From Anthoceros angustus (taxonomy: Eukaryota; Plantae; Anthocerotophyta): a DNA stretch of 64,000 nucleotides. A model generated the notes under the pieces. That model had not been told where the DNA came from. It searched no databases and worked only from the letters and a program-made list of their open reading frames with translations. The DNA lies in the NCBI GenBank assembly GCA_010909165.1, contig MU008172.1, forward strand, positions 434,001-498,000, given 5' to 3'. Positions 62,560-64,000 of the stretch are shown in pieces; position 1 is the first letter of the stretch; the number at the start of each line of letters is the position of its first letter. Both the position numbers and the translations under genes were made by a program.

Positions 62560-64000
62560 TCAACCAAATTGAGCTCGAATCGCACCGTTTCTACATTTTC
62601 CAAATCCACGCCTTTGTGTCACCAAAGTCATCGCCTTCAACCGCAAAACAAAACGCCGGAGCCTGCTGGTGGTAGTGTGCCGTTTTCATCCCATATTGTC
62701 AATGCCGGTTGGTCTTCAACCGCCGGCCGTCTGGGTCCTGGAGTCCTTCATTCGACCCTTCTTTCCAAGCAAGCTATACACTTGCATTTTCGCCAATGCC
62801 TCCGTCTGCATCTCCTTTGCCCAAAACTTGCTGTGGCCCCGAAAACTTATCTGTTATTTCTTGAACTCGTCCGTACCGCCCAACCTGCTCACTGCCAGAC
62901 ATATACATTGAGCATCGTGCGTCTTTGTCAATGGCCACAACGTTCCTTTTCCGTTGTATCCGGCCACCAAAATGATCCCGATCCCGCAAAGGCCAACAAT
63001 CCGATCGTCTTCGTTGGAGAACATGTTCACCAACATGCCTAATAAGCCCACGTGTTCGATATGGCGATACGACCATCTTATCACCGGTGGTAAATCGCCT
63101 TCTTCACCACAGTCCCATGTCGGATAACTCTTGGCAGCACCTGTTTGATGTCTTTGCCGGGAAAAAGAGGAGCTTTTCCGACATTGGACTCTGTCCTCAC
63201 TGCTCTTCCCACTGTCAAATATTCCACTGTTTCCACAGCACCACTGTTAGGTGGGATGTTGGTTTTCTCCCATACCAGGGTCTGAATGACTTCTTTCCTG
63301 CACCAAGACCTCAAAGCCTCCCTGGCTTGAATCACCCCATCCACCCCATGCATAAGAATTATCCGGAACACATCGCTCGTGGTCTTCTCGTTGAAAGAGC
63401 TGATGATCTCTTTCAATTCTTCTTCAACGAAAGCCTTGTCATTCTCATGCTGTAAACCTCGAGGGAGGTCGCAGAAAAGAAGAGTATACCTCCTCGGTGG
63501 CAAAAATCCTTTCATATCCAAAATGTCTCGATGCACCACCGATATGCCACTTTGTCCAAGACCTGTGCACTCAAACCGCCACCGCATCCATGTCCTTGTC
63601 GGCCATTTGTTTTCGCTCTTCTTCCATCCGCTTCCCATGCGCTATAAACAAAATCTTGGAAAGGTTTTGGCGAGCTTTCAAATCCTCAATGTCTCCGGTT
63701 TACGCAAGCAGCGAGGCGGTGGTCGACAACTCATTGACAGAAGTGGAGGCGCCGCCGCGCACGATTGTGGCGCGGCCACCGGCGACTCCACCATGAACCG
63801 GCGGGCAATGCGTGGAGGCGCCGCTGGGCCGGTCGACTGGCGCACCGACCGCACCGCGCTGCGCCACGCACAAAAACAGAGAGTGGCGCCCGGCCACGGC
63901 GATTGCACTCACCGACCGCGACTCCCCAACGAATACACTCACTTACCACTTCGCAAAAGTCGCTTGAACTTCGCCAATTCCTTGGCCTCGGTATGTTGGG
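62560..64000 (-). pseudogene. Diverged second family member (copy B) of the ParB-MTase gene, C-terminal part; continues off the right edge
   Basis: RRYTLLFCDLPRG...TSDVFRIILMHGVD...REAL..WCRK..IQTLVWEKTNIPPN...VETVEYLTVG, LLGMLVNMFSNEDD..V...AGSGSF, RNVVAIDKD.RCSMYM and TIWDENGTLP. Intron donor GTAAGT at 63946 follows ELAKF. Confidence 0.82.

Overview
Eukaryotic nuclear DNA from a land plant. Short spliceosomal introns, GC-rich compact genes, a plant-type H2B and an SLC1/DAACS transporter suggest a non-seed plant such as a hornwort, other bryophyte or lycophyte (inference). Host genes from left to right: a DEMETER/ROS1-like 5mC glycosylase (5' part, minus strand, runs off the left edge), a 15-exon calcineurin-like metallophosphoesterase in a strikingly AT-rich island, a DAACS/SLC1 transporter, histone H2B, ATG1 kinase, plastid-type uracil phosphoribosyltransferase, two tandem RING-H2 genes, a GT92 galactan synthase and a glutamate formiminotransferase-like gene. 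Two TE-rich blocks occupy about 20.4-41 kb and 54-64 kb. They contain a Sola-like DDE transposase remnant, a MULE/SWIM transposase, an LTR-type accessory ORF, a trihelix pseudogene and a ~4.9 kb tandem duplication; an RLE-type non-LTR remnant lies at ~15 kb. The most notable signal is a repeated, intron-containing gene that fuses a ParB/Srx-like domain to a prokaryote-type beta-class amino (N4C/N6A) DNA methyltransferase fold. It occurs as a full-length decayed copy, a duplicated fragment and a diverged second family member. The two families keep a non-canonical DLPR catalytic motif and the same intron position. The main copy lies head-to-head with the DDE transposase, suggesting a transposon-borne DNA-modification module. 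No rRNA, tRNA or CRISPR features were seen. All calls are from manual translation and motif recognition, without database searches.
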